In this document: one piece after another, positions 14,631 to 23,774 of the stretch
Position numbering within the stretch: the first letter of the stretch is position 1
Layout of the letters: each line of letters opens with the position of its first letter
Origin: Moraxella nasovis
GTDB taxonomy: Bacteria > Pseudomonadota > Gammaproteobacteria > Pseudomonadales > Moraxellaceae
Reading direction: 5' to 3'
DNA: 32,000 nt
Assembly (NCBI RefSeq): GCF_022701215.1
Contig: NZ_CP089976.1
Location: 1,500,001 to 1,532,000 of the forward strand
Notes under the pieces: generated by a model
What the model was told of the DNA's origin: nothing
What the model saw: the letters and a program-made list of their open reading frames with translations, nothing else
The model's database searches: none
Translations under genes and position numbers: made by a program

Positions 14631-15967
14631 ATTCCTTTGATTTCTAATAGCTCCGCTTGGTGCGTGGCAAGCTCGCCATGCAAAATTGCACCATTTTTAT
14701 AAATCCGCCCTAAAAATAACGCCAAATCATCGCTTGAACCATCGGCAGTTAGACGCTTTCGGTAGGTGCTAAAATCTCCGTCTTTGATTTCATCGACAAT
14801 ATCCGCCCATTCTTTCATCATCTGCATTCTTTTGGGTATCATGTCGGCGTGGTTGTAGGCTCGTTCGGTCTTATCCTTGCTAACGTGTGCCAACTGCAAT
14901 TCAATGGCTTTGGGGTTGTACTGCATTTCATAAAGGGACGTACTAGCCAAACCACGAAAGCCGTGCCCTGTCATTTTGTCTTTGTAGCCCATGCGTTTTA
15001 GGGCGGTGGTTAGGGCGTTGGGCGATAGGGTTTCACGCTGTTTACTGCGATTGCTAAAAAACACAAATTCATCATGTAACCGCCATTCTTTAATTGTTTG
15101 CAAAATCTCTATTACTTGTGGGGCAAGCGGTACAACGTGCGTATTACGGCATTTCATGCGTTCGGGCGGTATCGTCCAAAGGCAAGTATTAAAATCAATT
15201 TCCACCCATCGCATACCAAACAGCTCATTAGTTCGCACGAAAGTATAAGCCATCACATAAAACGCATATTTGGTTAATGGCTCTAAATTGGCGTTGTCAA
15301 TGTCTGCTAGTAGCTTTGGTAGCTCGGTAATTTTTATGCGGGGGTAATTAGTTTGTTTGTGTTCAACCAATGATTTATGAATACCCCTTGGAATGGGATT
15401 TAATAGATTTGGGGCAAGCCCTTTAATGATGGTGTGTTCAAATATCGCACTTATCCAGCTTACCGCCTTATGTGCCATGTTGGTTTTGCCATTTAATGCC
15501 AAGCGGTCATGCACCGCTAGCACGTCCGATAATTTGACGTGATAAATGTTCATATTTCCCAAAATGGGCTTGATATGGTTTTTGTAGGCGTTGCTGTCTC
15601 GTTTAAAGGTGGCAGGGTTAATGCGTTTTTCTTGGTGCTGTAGCCATATTTGGGCGAAATGGTCAAAGTCTAGGGTGTCTTTTTGCTTGGCTTTTTGGCG
15701 TTCGTCTTTGGGGTTTATGCCTTGGCTTGCCAGTTCACGAATGCGGATATTTTCGCTTCGTGCTTGTGCTAGGCTTATCATGGGATACTTGCCTATGGTA
15801 ATTTCTTGTGTTTTGCCATTAAAAGAATAGGCACTAATAAATGACTTTGTTCCACTATGCCTAATCAGTACCATCAAGCCGTTACCGTCTGAAATTTTAT
15901 CGGGGCGGTTGGCGGTGCATTTTTCGCTAGGTTTTAGGCGTTTTAGGGCGGTATCTGTCAGGCTCAT
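14624..15967 (-). CDS. int: P4-type tyrosine integrase (DUF4102 arm-binding N-terminus plus phage integrase catalytic domain)
   Basis: 447 aa. The N-terminus is MSLTDTALKRLKP..DGNGLMVLIRHSGTKSF. Catalytic-region motifs are HGFRGLASTSLYE and LAHVSKDKTERAYNH. It lies adjacent to a tRNA. Confidence 0.92.
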   Translation of the reverse strand: MSLTDTALKRLKPSEKCTANRPDKISDGNGLMVLIRHSGTKSFISAYSFNGKTQEITIGKYPMISLAQARSENIRIRELASQGINPKDERQKAKQKDTLDFDHFAQIWLQHQEKRINPATFKRDSNAYKNHIKPILGNMNIYHVKLSDVLAVHDRLALNGKTNMAHKAVSWISAIFEHTIIKGLAPNLLNPIPRGIHKSLVEHKQTNYPRIKITELPKLLADIDNANLEPLTKYAFYVMAYTFVRTNELFGMRWVEIDFNTCLWTIPPERMKCRNTHVVPLAPQVIEILQTIKEWRLHDEFVFFSNRSKQRETLSPNALTTALKRMGYKDKMTGHGFRGLASTSLYEMQYNPKAIELQLAHVSKDKTERAYNHADMIPKRMQMMKEWADIVDEIKDGDFSTYRKRLTADGSSDDLALFLGRIYKNGAILHGELATHQAELLEIKGMQ

Positions 15968-16020
15968 TTACGGTATAATTTAAAATTGAACTCATATACC
16001 GTAAAATATACCGTAATTTT
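15968..16020 (+). promoter_or_regulatory. Putative arm-type integrase sites (int-proximal arm)
   Basis: One inverted copy, ttacggtat (15968-15976), plus ATACCGTAA x2 (15996-16016). Confidence 0.45.
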
Positions 16021-16053
16021 TCATAGATTGCAATAAACCAATACGGACTAATG

Positions 16054-16135
16054 CAGACAACAAAACCGCCAAAACCCCACAAAATAAAAAGGTTGTCGGA
16101 CAATGTCGGACAACCTTAGAATAAAATATGGGGTG
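16054..16135 (+). repeat. 82-bp direct repeat (right copy), overlapping the tRNA-His 3' end
   Basis: 78/82 identical by eye to 4148-4229. Confidence 0.85.
16081..16115 (-). terminator. Rho-independent terminator downstream of tRNA-His (carried on the island end)
   Basis: ggttgtc-ggacaatgtcg-gacaacc hairpin at 16091-16115, with a T-run on the minus strand (16081-16090). Confidence 0.6.
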
Positions 16136-16205
16136 AGTAATGGGACTTGAACCCACGACAACCGGAATCACAATCCGGGGCTCTACCAACTGAGCTATAC
16201 CCACC
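16129..16205 (-). tRNA. tRNA-His (GTG)
   Basis: Folded by hand as a cloverleaf: extra G-1, anticodon loop TTGTGAT, T-arm GGTTCAAGTCC, encoded CCA. Confidence 0.9.
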
Positions 16206-16223
16206 ATAAAAAAATCAGGCAAA

Positions 16224-16300
16224 TGGCGCGCCTGGCAGGATTCGAACCTGCGACCACCCGCTTAGAAGGCGGATGCTCTATCCAACTGAGCTACAGGCGC
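16224..16300 (-). tRNA. tRNA-Arg (TCT)
   Basis: Acceptor gcgcctg/caggcgc, anticodon loop CTTCTAA, T-arm GGTTCGAATCC, encoded CCA. Confidence 0.88.
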
Positions 16301-16374
16301 TCTAGTGGTTAAATGCTGATACTGTAAATCAATATAAACATTACCAACAAAAAAAGCCGTCAAGGCCTTAAAAA

Positions 16375-16451
<77 letters not shown>

Positions 16452-16503
16452 AATTTACAACGTGTTTGCGATTTATTCATCACCGTATGTCGTTGTGGTG
16501 CGT

Positions 16504-16532
16504 ATGATACAAGTAAGAGCCTAATGTGTCAA
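16504..16532 (-). promoter_or_regulatory. Promoter of the tRNA Pro-Arg-His operon
   Basis: The minus strand reads TTGACA-17 nt-TATCAT, about 50 nt upstream of tRNA-Pro. Confidence 0.55.
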
Positions 16533-16593
16533 CAGCTTATTTCTATAAATTTTGATAAATTTTATAAGTTATTGATTTTATTTAACTTATTAT

Positions 16594-16902
16594 TTATGCT
16601 TCTTCGATAATTGGCATGCCAGCAGCTTTTGCACCCCTTGTTCCGCCCGTTAGGTGGATGATTTTGCGATTTGGCTGTAATTCATCTAGTAATGCACATG
16701 CTCTTTTTGCCTTAGTACCACCACCGCATAGCACATAAATATCGCCTGTGGTCTGGGCAAGTAGCGTGTCATTTAGCGTATCAATTGGGTGGTTGATGGC
16801 GTATTGAATATGCCCTGTAGCATAGCTTTTAGCGTCTCTGACGTCCCAAATATTTAGCTCTTGGCTTGGCGTGAAGTCAGTAATGGCAAGTTTTGTAATC
16901 AT
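16594..16902 (-). CDS. Single-domain rhodanese-like sulfurtransferase
   Basis: 102 aa with an active-site loop of CGGGTKAKRA type (Cys-X4-Arg). Confidence 0.75.
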   Translation of the reverse strand: MITKLAITDFTPSQELNIWDVRDAKSYATGHIQYAINHPIDTLNDTLLAQTTGDIYVLCGGGTKAKRACALLDELQPNRKIIHLTGGTRGAKAAGMPIIEEA

Positions 16903-17040
16903 AATACACCTAAAAACATCTACGATAAAAGCTTATCTTAGCAAATTTTTTGGTATCGGTAAAATATTTATCATCAAAGCAACTTGCCAATACACATCAA
17001 AAAACGGTATGATGCAAGACTTCTATTATGCATATTTATC

Positions 17041-17634
17041 ATGAATATTTATTCTAAATCTAAAGCTGCCAATGTATTAAATCGCTGCTCATGGTGCGGT
17101 AGCGACCCCATTTACCAAGCTTATCATGATTATGAGTGGGGGAAACCTATCTTTGATGATCAAAAGCTGTTTGCCTTATTATGTCTTGAGAGTATGCAAG
17201 CAGGCTTAAGCTGGATTACGATTTTAAAACGTAAAGAAGCGTTATATCGGGCGTTTGATGGGTTTAATCCGTTGATTTTGGCAGCTTATGATGAGTCAAA
17301 GATAAATGCACTTAAAGATGACGCCACCATTATCCGCCATGCAGGTAAGATTTATGCGATGGTTGGCAATGCCAAAGCCTATCTGAAGATTAGCAAACAG
17401 CAAAGCTTTAGCGAGTATGTCTGGGGTATTGTCAAAAAGCACCAAGGTCAAGCACCGCTTGATCGTATGCCTAAGTGTGAAAGTGAGATTCCAACCCAGA
17501 CAAAGGCGAGTATCGCCTTATCTAAGCAGCTTAAAAAGGACGGATTTAAGTTTGTGGGTCCAACCATCTGCTATGCTTTCATGCAGGCTTGTGGTATGGT
17601 AAATGACCATGTGCAATCGTGCAATTTTCGTTAG
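17041..17634 (+). CDS. tag: DNA-3-methyladenine glycosylase I
   Basis: CSWCGSDPIYQAYHDYEWGKP...LESMQAGLSWITILKRKE is a typical Tag sequence. The start is set at ATG 17041. Confidence 0.88.
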   Translation: MNIYSKSKAANVLNRCSWCGSDPIYQAYHDYEWGKPIFDDQKLFALLCLESMQAGLSWITILKRKEALYRAFDGFNPLILAAYDESKINALKDDATIIRHAGKIYAMVGNAKAYLKISKQQSFSEYVWGIVKKHQGQAPLDRMPKCESEIPTQTKASIALSKQLKKDGFKFVGPTICYAFMQACGMVNDHVQSCNFR

Positions 17635-17651
17635 TGATTTAGGTGGCTTAG

Positions 17652-18653
17652 ATGCTTAGTGTGGTGTTTTATGTTCTACTGTGTATTGCTTTATTAATCG
17701 CATGCACTGCGGTGTGGGTAAATATGCCATTTGGGCTGATAAGCTATGCAATCATTGGCTTGGCGGTGCTAATAATGGCAGCAATAAGCCTAAAGTCATT
17801 TTACTTTAGCAGGCAAGCGGCTTGGGTTGGCGTGATAGTTGTTGCCGCAGTCTTAGCGTGGCTTATATCTTTACGCCCTAGTAATGATAGGATTTGGAGT
17901 GATGATGTTGCACGCATTGTCAATTATGAACGCAATTTACATAATCCAAATCTCATCACCATTCACCATGTCAGAAACTTTAACTGGCGTAGCGAAGAAG
18001 ATTACGATATACGCTGGGATACAAGGCAATACAACTTAGATCAGCTTGACACGATGGATTTGGTATTGTCTATTTGGGACAATGAGAATATCGCTCATAC
18101 GCTTGTGACATTTGGCTTTACAGATGGTCAATATGTGGCGTTTTCTGTTGAGATTCGTAAAGAGCAAGGTGAGCAGTTTTCAGCAATCGGTGGCTTTTTT
18201 CGAAAATATGAACTAGCCATCATCGCTGCTGATGAAAAAGACATCATCTACACTCGCAGCAATATCCGAAAAGAAAAAGTTTATCTTTATCCGATATCTT
18301 ATGATAAAGCTAAAATGCGAGAGCTATTTTTGACGTACCTTAGACAAGGCGATAAATTAAATCATCAGCCAAGGTGGTACAACACGCTTATTAGTAATTG
18401 CACCACTGTCATTTATCAGTTGGTACAGCGAATCGATCCTGCGATCAAGCGTATACCTATGGATTATCGTATTTTGGTCTCAGGGCGGCTGCCATCGTAT
18501 CTGATAGAAGAAGGGATTATTAGACCATCTTTACCTGCGGATGAATGGAAAAAATTGGCATACATCAACCCAAAAGTTGCAGATTATGATGAGCATAATC
18601 CCATTTCATCTGATAGCTTTTCAAGCGTAATCCGAGAAGGTTTGCCGCGTTAA
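17652..18653 (+). CDS. DUF4105 (Lnb N-terminal-like) membrane protein
   Basis: N-terminal TM helices followed by the PSNDRIWSDDV...HVRNFNWRSEEDY...FSVEIRKEQGE pattern, which I recall from the DUF4105 family. SD aggtgg. Confidence 0.55.
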   Translation: MLSVVFYVLLCIALLIACTAVWVNMPFGLISYAIIGLAVLIMAAISLKSFYFSRQAAWVGVIVVAAVLAWLISLRPSNDRIWSDDVARIVNYERNLHNPNLITIHHVRNFNWRSEEDYDIRWDTRQYNLDQLDTMDLVLSIWDNENIAHTLVTFGFTDGQYVAFSVEIRKEQGEQFSAIGGFFRKYELAIIAADEKDIIYTRSNIRKEKVYLYPISYDKAKMRELFLTYLRQGDKLNHQPRWYNTLISNCTTVIYQLVQRIDPAIKRIPMDYRILVSGRLPSYLIEEGIIRPSLPADEWKKLAYINPKVADYDEHNPISSDSFSSVIREGLPR

Positions 18654-18664
18654 CTAAAGTTTTA

Positions 18665-19237
18665 TTATTCCTTATTATCTTGGCTATCTTGGATTGTGTC
18701 TAATGAAGACTTTGGCTGTAATACGTCTTTTAGTTTTTGTTCATTGATTTTGCGAACTTGTTGAATCTGTTTGGAGATTTCTTCATCGATTGCTTCTGCT
18801 TGTTTTTGGGCTTCTAAAGCGGCAATCTGATCGTCATTAAAAGAATGAGCTTGGGTGGCGATATTTTTAGGCGACTGGCTAGGCTGTGTATTGATTATCG
18901 GTGATGGTTTAACCTTTGATGCAGGCTTAGTGTCTTTCATGGCTTTAGTTTCATCAGGTGATGGATTTTCATCTGCCTTTGATGGTGCGTCATCATCGTT
19001 GCTATTTTGGGCTGTGTCTGCACTAGCACTTTGCAAGGCTGTTTCTTTGGGCATAGCAGGGTTTGCTTTTGTTAGGATGACAGCTTGTGGGGCTGGAGTT
19101 GGAGTGTTGCGTGATTGATGATGCAGATACAATCCGCCTAAAATAATAGGGTTTAAAACAAGTAAGGCAATCAGCACTTTGGTGTGCCAAGCTAAAGTAG
19201 CTGTTTGTTTTTGTTCGGTATTTGGATAATTTGACAT
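18665..19237 (-). CDS. Membrane-anchored low-complexity hypothetical protein (190 aa)
   Basis: One N-terminal TM segment, a Pro/Ser/Ala/Asp-rich middle region and a charged helical C-terminus. Confidence 0.5.
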   Translation of the reverse strand: MSNYPNTEQKQTATLAWHTKVLIALLVLNPIILGGLYLHHQSRNTPTPAPQAVILTKANPAMPKETALQSASADTAQNSNDDDAPSKADENPSPDETKAMKDTKPASKVKPSPIINTQPSQSPKNIATQAHSFNDDQIAALEAQKQAEAIDEEISKQIQQVRKINEQKLKDVLQPKSSLDTIQDSQDNKE

Positions 19238-19297
19238 AATGCGTTACGGTATTTATTTATCGTTAAGTGTGGATTAGGCTAAAAAGTTATGGTCTGC

Positions 19298-21076
19298 TTA
19301 GGTCAGCTGCCACATTGCCTTATCTAAGATAAGTAGATGCTGAGCGTGGTGCCGAACTAGTGTTGAACGATGTCCAACGCTAATAATGGTAGTGCTAGGC
19401 AGATGACGTCTTAGCGTGCGATAAAGTAGGTCTTCTAGACCTTCATCTAAGCTTGCACTGGCTTCATCTAAAAAAGCGACAGCTGGCTTATGCAGTAATA
19501 AGCGTGCGAAGGCTAGGCGTTGCTGCTCCCCTAAAGATAGCGTATATGACCAGTTATTTTCTTGATAAAGCTGGGCTGCTAGATAAGACATACACACCAT
19601 ATCAAGCAGAGCTGTAAGATTTGCTGTTTGGTCGTCATGTGGGGTAGCGTGCGGATAGTATAAGGCATCAATGAGTCTGCCTTGGGGTAAATAGGGTTTT
19701 TGGGATAAAAACAGCGTGTCATTTGGTCGCTGAATACTGCCAGTTGAATACTGCCAAAGTCCAGCCACTGTCTTAAGTAAGGTGGTCTTTCCTGATCCTG
19801 ACTTGCCTTGTATGAGTAGGCTTAAGCCTTGGGGTAGTCTAAGATTGAGAGTCTCAATGAGCGTTTTGCCCGTAGGTGATTTTATGGTTACATCATCAAA
19901 TATTACATCGGTGTCATGATATGTAAGCTGTAGCTGTGTCGGCTTTTGACTGTTTTTAATGGCATGATTAAAACCTGTTAAGCGATCGAGCGTGGTTTGG
20001 TATTCGGCAATTGTATCGTAGGCATTTCGAAAAAATGACAGACTATCATGTAATCTGCCAAACACTTGAACCGTTTGCATAAGATCGCCAAGATTGATTT
20101 GCTTTGAGAAAAAACGATTCGCTTGGATAAGTAAGGGAAAAACCATAGATATCTGCGATGCAATCAGATTAAAACCTGAGAACTTTAGTGTGCGATACAC
20201 GATTGCCCACATATTTTGGATAACATGATTAAACTGACGATATAACAGCGTCTTTTCCACTCGCTCCCCAGCATAAAAGGCAATGCTTTCTGCATATTCT
20301 CTCACCCGAATAAGTGAGTAGCGGTAGTTTGCACCTAGTTTTTCATTGTCAAAGTTTAAGTTGATAAGCGGTCTGCCAAGCCAAAAGGCGATAATACTCG
20401 CTAACAACACATATAAAAACACCAAAAACACCATCATGTGTGGCACATTAACGCCCAGCACGCTCATCTCTCCTGATAAATCCCAAAGCAGTAATGTATA
20501 AGAGACGATAGAAGTTACCGCACTGATAACCCCTGTGGCAAGTGCTAGAGAGCTTTTGACGTATAGCTGAACATCTTGCTGTATGCGTTGGTCTGGGTTA
20601 TCAAGCTCATTATGGATCTGCTGAGTCTTATAGTAAGCCTGATTGGCAAGCCATTTATCAAGTAAATATCCATTTAGCCACTTAATCCAACCAATGCTAA
20701 ACCGCTGCTGCATATAATAAGCCAAAAGTGCATTTATTACAGCAGCACTAGCAATAAAACAAAACACGATCATCTGTTGCCAAAAGACAGTGGCGTCTAA
20801 TGCTTCAAGTGATGCGTACATGGTGTTATACCAGTTTGAATAAATCAAACTAATGCGTACTTCAATCAAGGTTAGCATCACAATGAACACAAAAAATAAG
20901 ATTGGCTTAACACTTCGCTGTGGTGATAAATAACCCTGTGCCATCTCCCAAAATTGACTACCCCAACGCGTTGTTTTAATCAGTATGTACATTGAAATGC
21001 CAAAGACCACAGCAGTAAGGCTAAGCGATTTCAAGATCCATAAAGCGGATGTAATGAGTTCTTGAGACCAGTCCAT
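19298..21076 (-). CDS. ABC transporter, fused permease/ATPase (YddA / ABCD-like)
   Basis: Walker A GKSGSGKTT, signature LSLGEQQRLAFAR, Walker B AFLDEAS, and an N-terminal multi-TM domain. The start is set at ATG 21076 because the longer ORF runs into the tRNA terminator. Confidence 0.8.
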   Translation of the reverse strand: MDWSQELITSALWILKSLSLTAVVFGISMYILIKTTRWGSQFWEMAQGYLSPQRSVKPILFFVFIVMLTLIEVRISLIYSNWYNTMYASLEALDATVFWQQMIVFCFIASAAVINALLAYYMQQRFSIGWIKWLNGYLLDKWLANQAYYKTQQIHNELDNPDQRIQQDVQLYVKSSLALATGVISAVTSIVSYTLLLWDLSGEMSVLGVNVPHMMVFLVFLYVLLASIIAFWLGRPLINLNFDNEKLGANYRYSLIRVREYAESIAFYAGERVEKTLLYRQFNHVIQNMWAIVYRTLKFSGFNLIASQISMVFPLLIQANRFFSKQINLGDLMQTVQVFGRLHDSLSFFRNAYDTIAEYQTTLDRLTGFNHAIKNSQKPTQLQLTYHDTDVIFDDVTIKSPTGKTLIETLNLRLPQGLSLLIQGKSGSGKTTLLKTVAGLWQYSTGSIQRPNDTLFLSQKPYLPQGRLIDALYYPHATPHDDQTANLTALLDMVCMSYLAAQLYQENNWSYTLSLGEQQRLAFARLLLHKPAVAFLDEASASLDEGLEDLLYRTLRRHLPSTTIISVGHRSTLVRHHAQHLLILDKAMWQLT

Positions 21077-21147
21077 AAGTGTCTGTTGATTGTTATACTT
21101 GGGGTATATTTTAGCACAAAATAACAGTGGCTTTGGTTGAACCAATA

Positions 21148-21177
21148 ACAAAAAAGCCACTTAATCATAAGTGGCTT
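21148..21177 (-). terminator. Rho-independent terminator of the tRNA Lys-Lys-Asn cluster
   Basis: aagccactta-atca-taagtggctt hairpin at 21154-21177, with a T-run on the minus strand. Confidence 0.7.
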
Positions 21178-21199
21178 AATGTTGCTAATTAGCAAAATA

Positions 21200-21275
21200 T
21201 GGCTCCCCAACCTGGGCTCGAACCAGGGACACACGGATTAACAGTCCGATGCTCTACCAACTGAGCTATTGGGGA
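21200..21275 (-). tRNA. tRNA-Asn (GTT)
   Basis: Acceptor tccccaa/ttgggga, anticodon loop CTGTTAA, encoded CCA. Confidence 0.88.
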
Positions 21276-21279
21276 ATGA

Positions 21280-21355
21280 TGGTGGGTCGTGCAGGATTCG
21301 AACCTGCGACCAATTGATTAAAAGTCAACTGCTCTACCAACTGAGCTAACGACCC
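21280..21355 (-). tRNA. tRNA-Lys (TTT)
   Basis: Acceptor gggtcgt/acgaccc, anticodon loop CTTTTAA, encoded CCA. Confidence 0.88.
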
Positions 21356-21436
21356 GATTTGTGCTGTATTATACTAGATAATCTCAACTTTGCAAGCATT
21401 TTTTTTAAAATTTATTCATGCTTTGAATTAGGATAA

Positions 21437-21512
21437 TGGTGGGTCGTGCAGGATTCGAACCTGCGACCAATTGATTAAAAGTCAACTGCTCTACCAACTG
21501 AGCTAACGACCC
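21437..21512 (-). tRNA. tRNA-Lys (TTT), identical second copy
   Basis: Same 76-nt sequence as 21280-21355. Confidence 0.88.
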
Positions 21513-21665
21513 TTATCGCTAATGTGGTGCGTATTATACAGCAAATTTTTATCTTTGCAAGTGGTTTTTGTAAGTTTTTATCAAATTATCAGTATCAACT
21601 CATCAATATCAACTTAAACAACATAAGCGATTAACTTAGCTTTTCGTTTATGGCAAATCTGGGTG

Positions 21666-23750
21666 TCAGTGATGAGCCAAAGCGTCCACAGGGTTTAGTT
21701 TTGACGCATTGCGAGCAGGTAAAAAGCCAAATACCACGCCGATGAGCGTAGAGCAGACGAACGCCACCACGATGGATAGGGGTGAATAGACGACCCCAAC
21801 GCTGTCGCCCCCAAAATGATTGACCAATGTACCAATGCCAAAGGCAAGAGCGATACCAAGCGTCCCACCAAGCAGGCATACGAGTACCGCTTCTATCAAA
21901 AACTGTCCCAAAATATCCGACTGTCTTGCCCCAACCGCCATACGCACGCCGATTTCGCTTGTGCGTTCGGTAACAGAGACGAGCATGATGTTCATGACAC
22001 CAATACCGCCTACGATGAGCGAGATGATGGCGATGGACGAAATGAGTGCGGTTAAAGCGTTGGTGGTGGATTGTACGGTTTTTTTGATACTGTCTAAATT
22101 AAAAGTATCAAAATCATCTGTACCATGCCGAGTTTTTAACAAATCAAAAATGGCGGTCTCAGCGATGTCAGATGGTGTGTCTTCATCAACCAAGACGACA
22201 AAGCGGTCAATCGTGCTTTTGCCAAGCATGCGATACATGACGGTGGTGTAGGGCATATAGACGGTGGGATTGTTAGATGTGCTGGCAAAGAACGATGTCT
22301 GCTCGCCAAGCACGCCGACAATGCGAGCGGGTATGTTGCCAACTTGTAGTATTTGCCCTACAGGATTGCCTTCACCATTAAAATAGCTTTTGTAGGCGTT
22401 TTGGTCAATGATGATGTCTTGGGCTGATGTGGCAATGCTCGTATCATCAAAGCCTTGTCCCATGGCAAGCTTCTCCCCAGTTACTTGCAGATAATCCTTG
22501 CCGATGCCATTGACTGTGCCTGAGATGTCTTGGTTTTTGTAGCGTATGGAAGTGCTCACGTCCACTTGCGGACTGACCGACAAGGCATAAGGCTGGCTTG
22601 CGACCGCTTCTGCATCTGCGATGGTCAGGTTTGCCCTCCCAAAGCGTCTTCTGGGGTCGTCAGCAGGATAGCCGTCTAGTACTGTGATGGTATTGGTGCC
22701 TAGGGCGTTGATTTCGGCTAGGATTTTGGCTTGTGAGCCTTGTCCCAGCCCCACGATAGACACCACAGAAGCAATGCCGATGATGATGCCAAGCATGGTG
22801 AGTAGGGTTCTCATTTTGTGGGCTTTCATGGCGTAGATGGACATTTTGAAGGCTTCATTGAGTCTATCTAGCCATGCCCAAAAAGGACTTTTGGTGCTAA
22901 AAGTATTTTTGCTGATGGCTGTTTGTGTATTGAAACCTTGTGCGTTAATGTCATCGGTGTCGTTTGGATTGGTAAAGTCAGTTAAATTGGTTGGGTTGGT
23001 GTGTTGATTGTGTGCGTGATTGATATAATAATCAGCAATAATTCGTCCGTCTTTTAGTTCAATCACCCGCTCGGCTTGTTTGGCAAGATTGGGGTCGTGC
23101 GTTACCATGATGATGGTATGCCCTTTGTCTTTGAGATTATGCAAAATAGACATCACTTCATTGCCAGAGCCACTATCTAATGCCCCTGTCGGCTCGTCCG
23201 CTAGGATAATGTCGCCACCATTCATCAAAGCCCGTGCGATAGAGACACGTTGCTGTTGTCCACCTGAGAGCTGATTGGGGCGGTTTTGGGTTTTGTCGCC
23301 AAGCCCAAGCTGGGTGAGTAAGTTTGTTGCTCGCTTGCGTCTTTTGGTGCTATCCATGCCTGCATAGACGGCAGGAATGCTCACATTATCCAAAGCGTTG
23401 ATGTCGCCAAGCAAGTGATAACGCTGAAAAATAAAGCCGAAATGCTCACGGCGAAGTTTGGCAAGTTCGCTGGTATTCATTTCGTTTACCGATTTACCAA
23501 AAATAGTATAATCGCCACTTGTGGCTTTATCAAGACAGCCTAGTATGTTCATGAGTGTGGATTTGCCAGAGCCTGACTGACCGATGATGGCAACCATCTC
23601 ACCTTGATAAAGTGTTAAATCAATACCATGCAAGATGCGTATTGTGTTATCGCCTGCCACAAATTCTTTCACCAAATTTTGTATTTCAAGGAGCGGAATT
23701 TTGTGCTTGGCATGGCTATTTTGGTCATTGGTGTTATGGGGGATTGTCAT
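21666..23750 (-). CDS. macB: Macrolide export ATP-binding/permease protein MacB
   Basis: N-terminal ABC domain (GQSGSGKST, LSGGQQQRVSIARAL, ILADEPTGALD) fused to a C-terminal FtsX-type permease. It lies downstream of macA. Confidence 0.88.
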   Translation of the reverse strand: MTIPHNTNDQNSHAKHKIPLLEIQNLVKEFVAGDNTIRILHGIDLTLYQGEMVAIIGQSGSGKSTLMNILGCLDKATSGDYTIFGKSVNEMNTSELAKLRREHFGFIFQRYHLLGDINALDNVSIPAVYAGMDSTKRRKRATNLLTQLGLGDKTQNRPNQLSGGQQQRVSIARALMNGGDIILADEPTGALDSGSGNEVMSILHNLKDKGHTIIMVTHDPNLAKQAERVIELKDGRIIADYYINHAHNQHTNPTNLTDFTNPNDTDDINAQGFNTQTAISKNTFSTKSPFWAWLDRLNEAFKMSIYAMKAHKMRTLLTMLGIIIGIASVVSIVGLGQGSQAKILAEINALGTNTITVLDGYPADDPRRRFGRANLTIADAEAVASQPYALSVSPQVDVSTSIRYKNQDISGTVNGIGKDYLQVTGEKLAMGQGFDDTSIATSAQDIIIDQNAYKSYFNGEGNPVGQILQVGNIPARIVGVLGEQTSFFASTSNNPTVYMPYTTVMYRMLGKSTIDRFVVLVDEDTPSDIAETAIFDLLKTRHGTDDFDTFNLDSIKKTVQSTTNALTALISSIAIISLIVGGIGVMNIMLVSVTERTSEIGVRMAVGARQSDILGQFLIEAVLVCLLGGTLGIALAFGIGTLVNHFGGDSVGVVYSPLSIVVAFVCSTLIGVVFGFLPARNASKLNPVDALAHH

Positions 23751-23774
23751 AGTTATTCTTATCTTGTCATCTTA

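Larger units (their letters stand above)
4230..16128 (-). mobile_element. ~11.9 kb integrative island at the 3' end of tRNA-His (P4-integrase / AlpA / primase; phage-satellite-like)
   Basis: The integrase lies adjacent to tRNA-His. Direct repeats sit at both ends with arm-type ATACCGTAA repeats near each end. The replication and regulation gene set all reads on the minus strand. Confidence 0.8.

Noticed and set aside
21031-21234. 67-aa minus-strand ORF, and the 620-aa long form of the ABC transporter ORF starting at 21160.
   Set aside because: Both run through the tRNA-Asn gene and/or its rho-independent terminator (21148-21177). The ABC gene most plausibly starts at ATG 21076.
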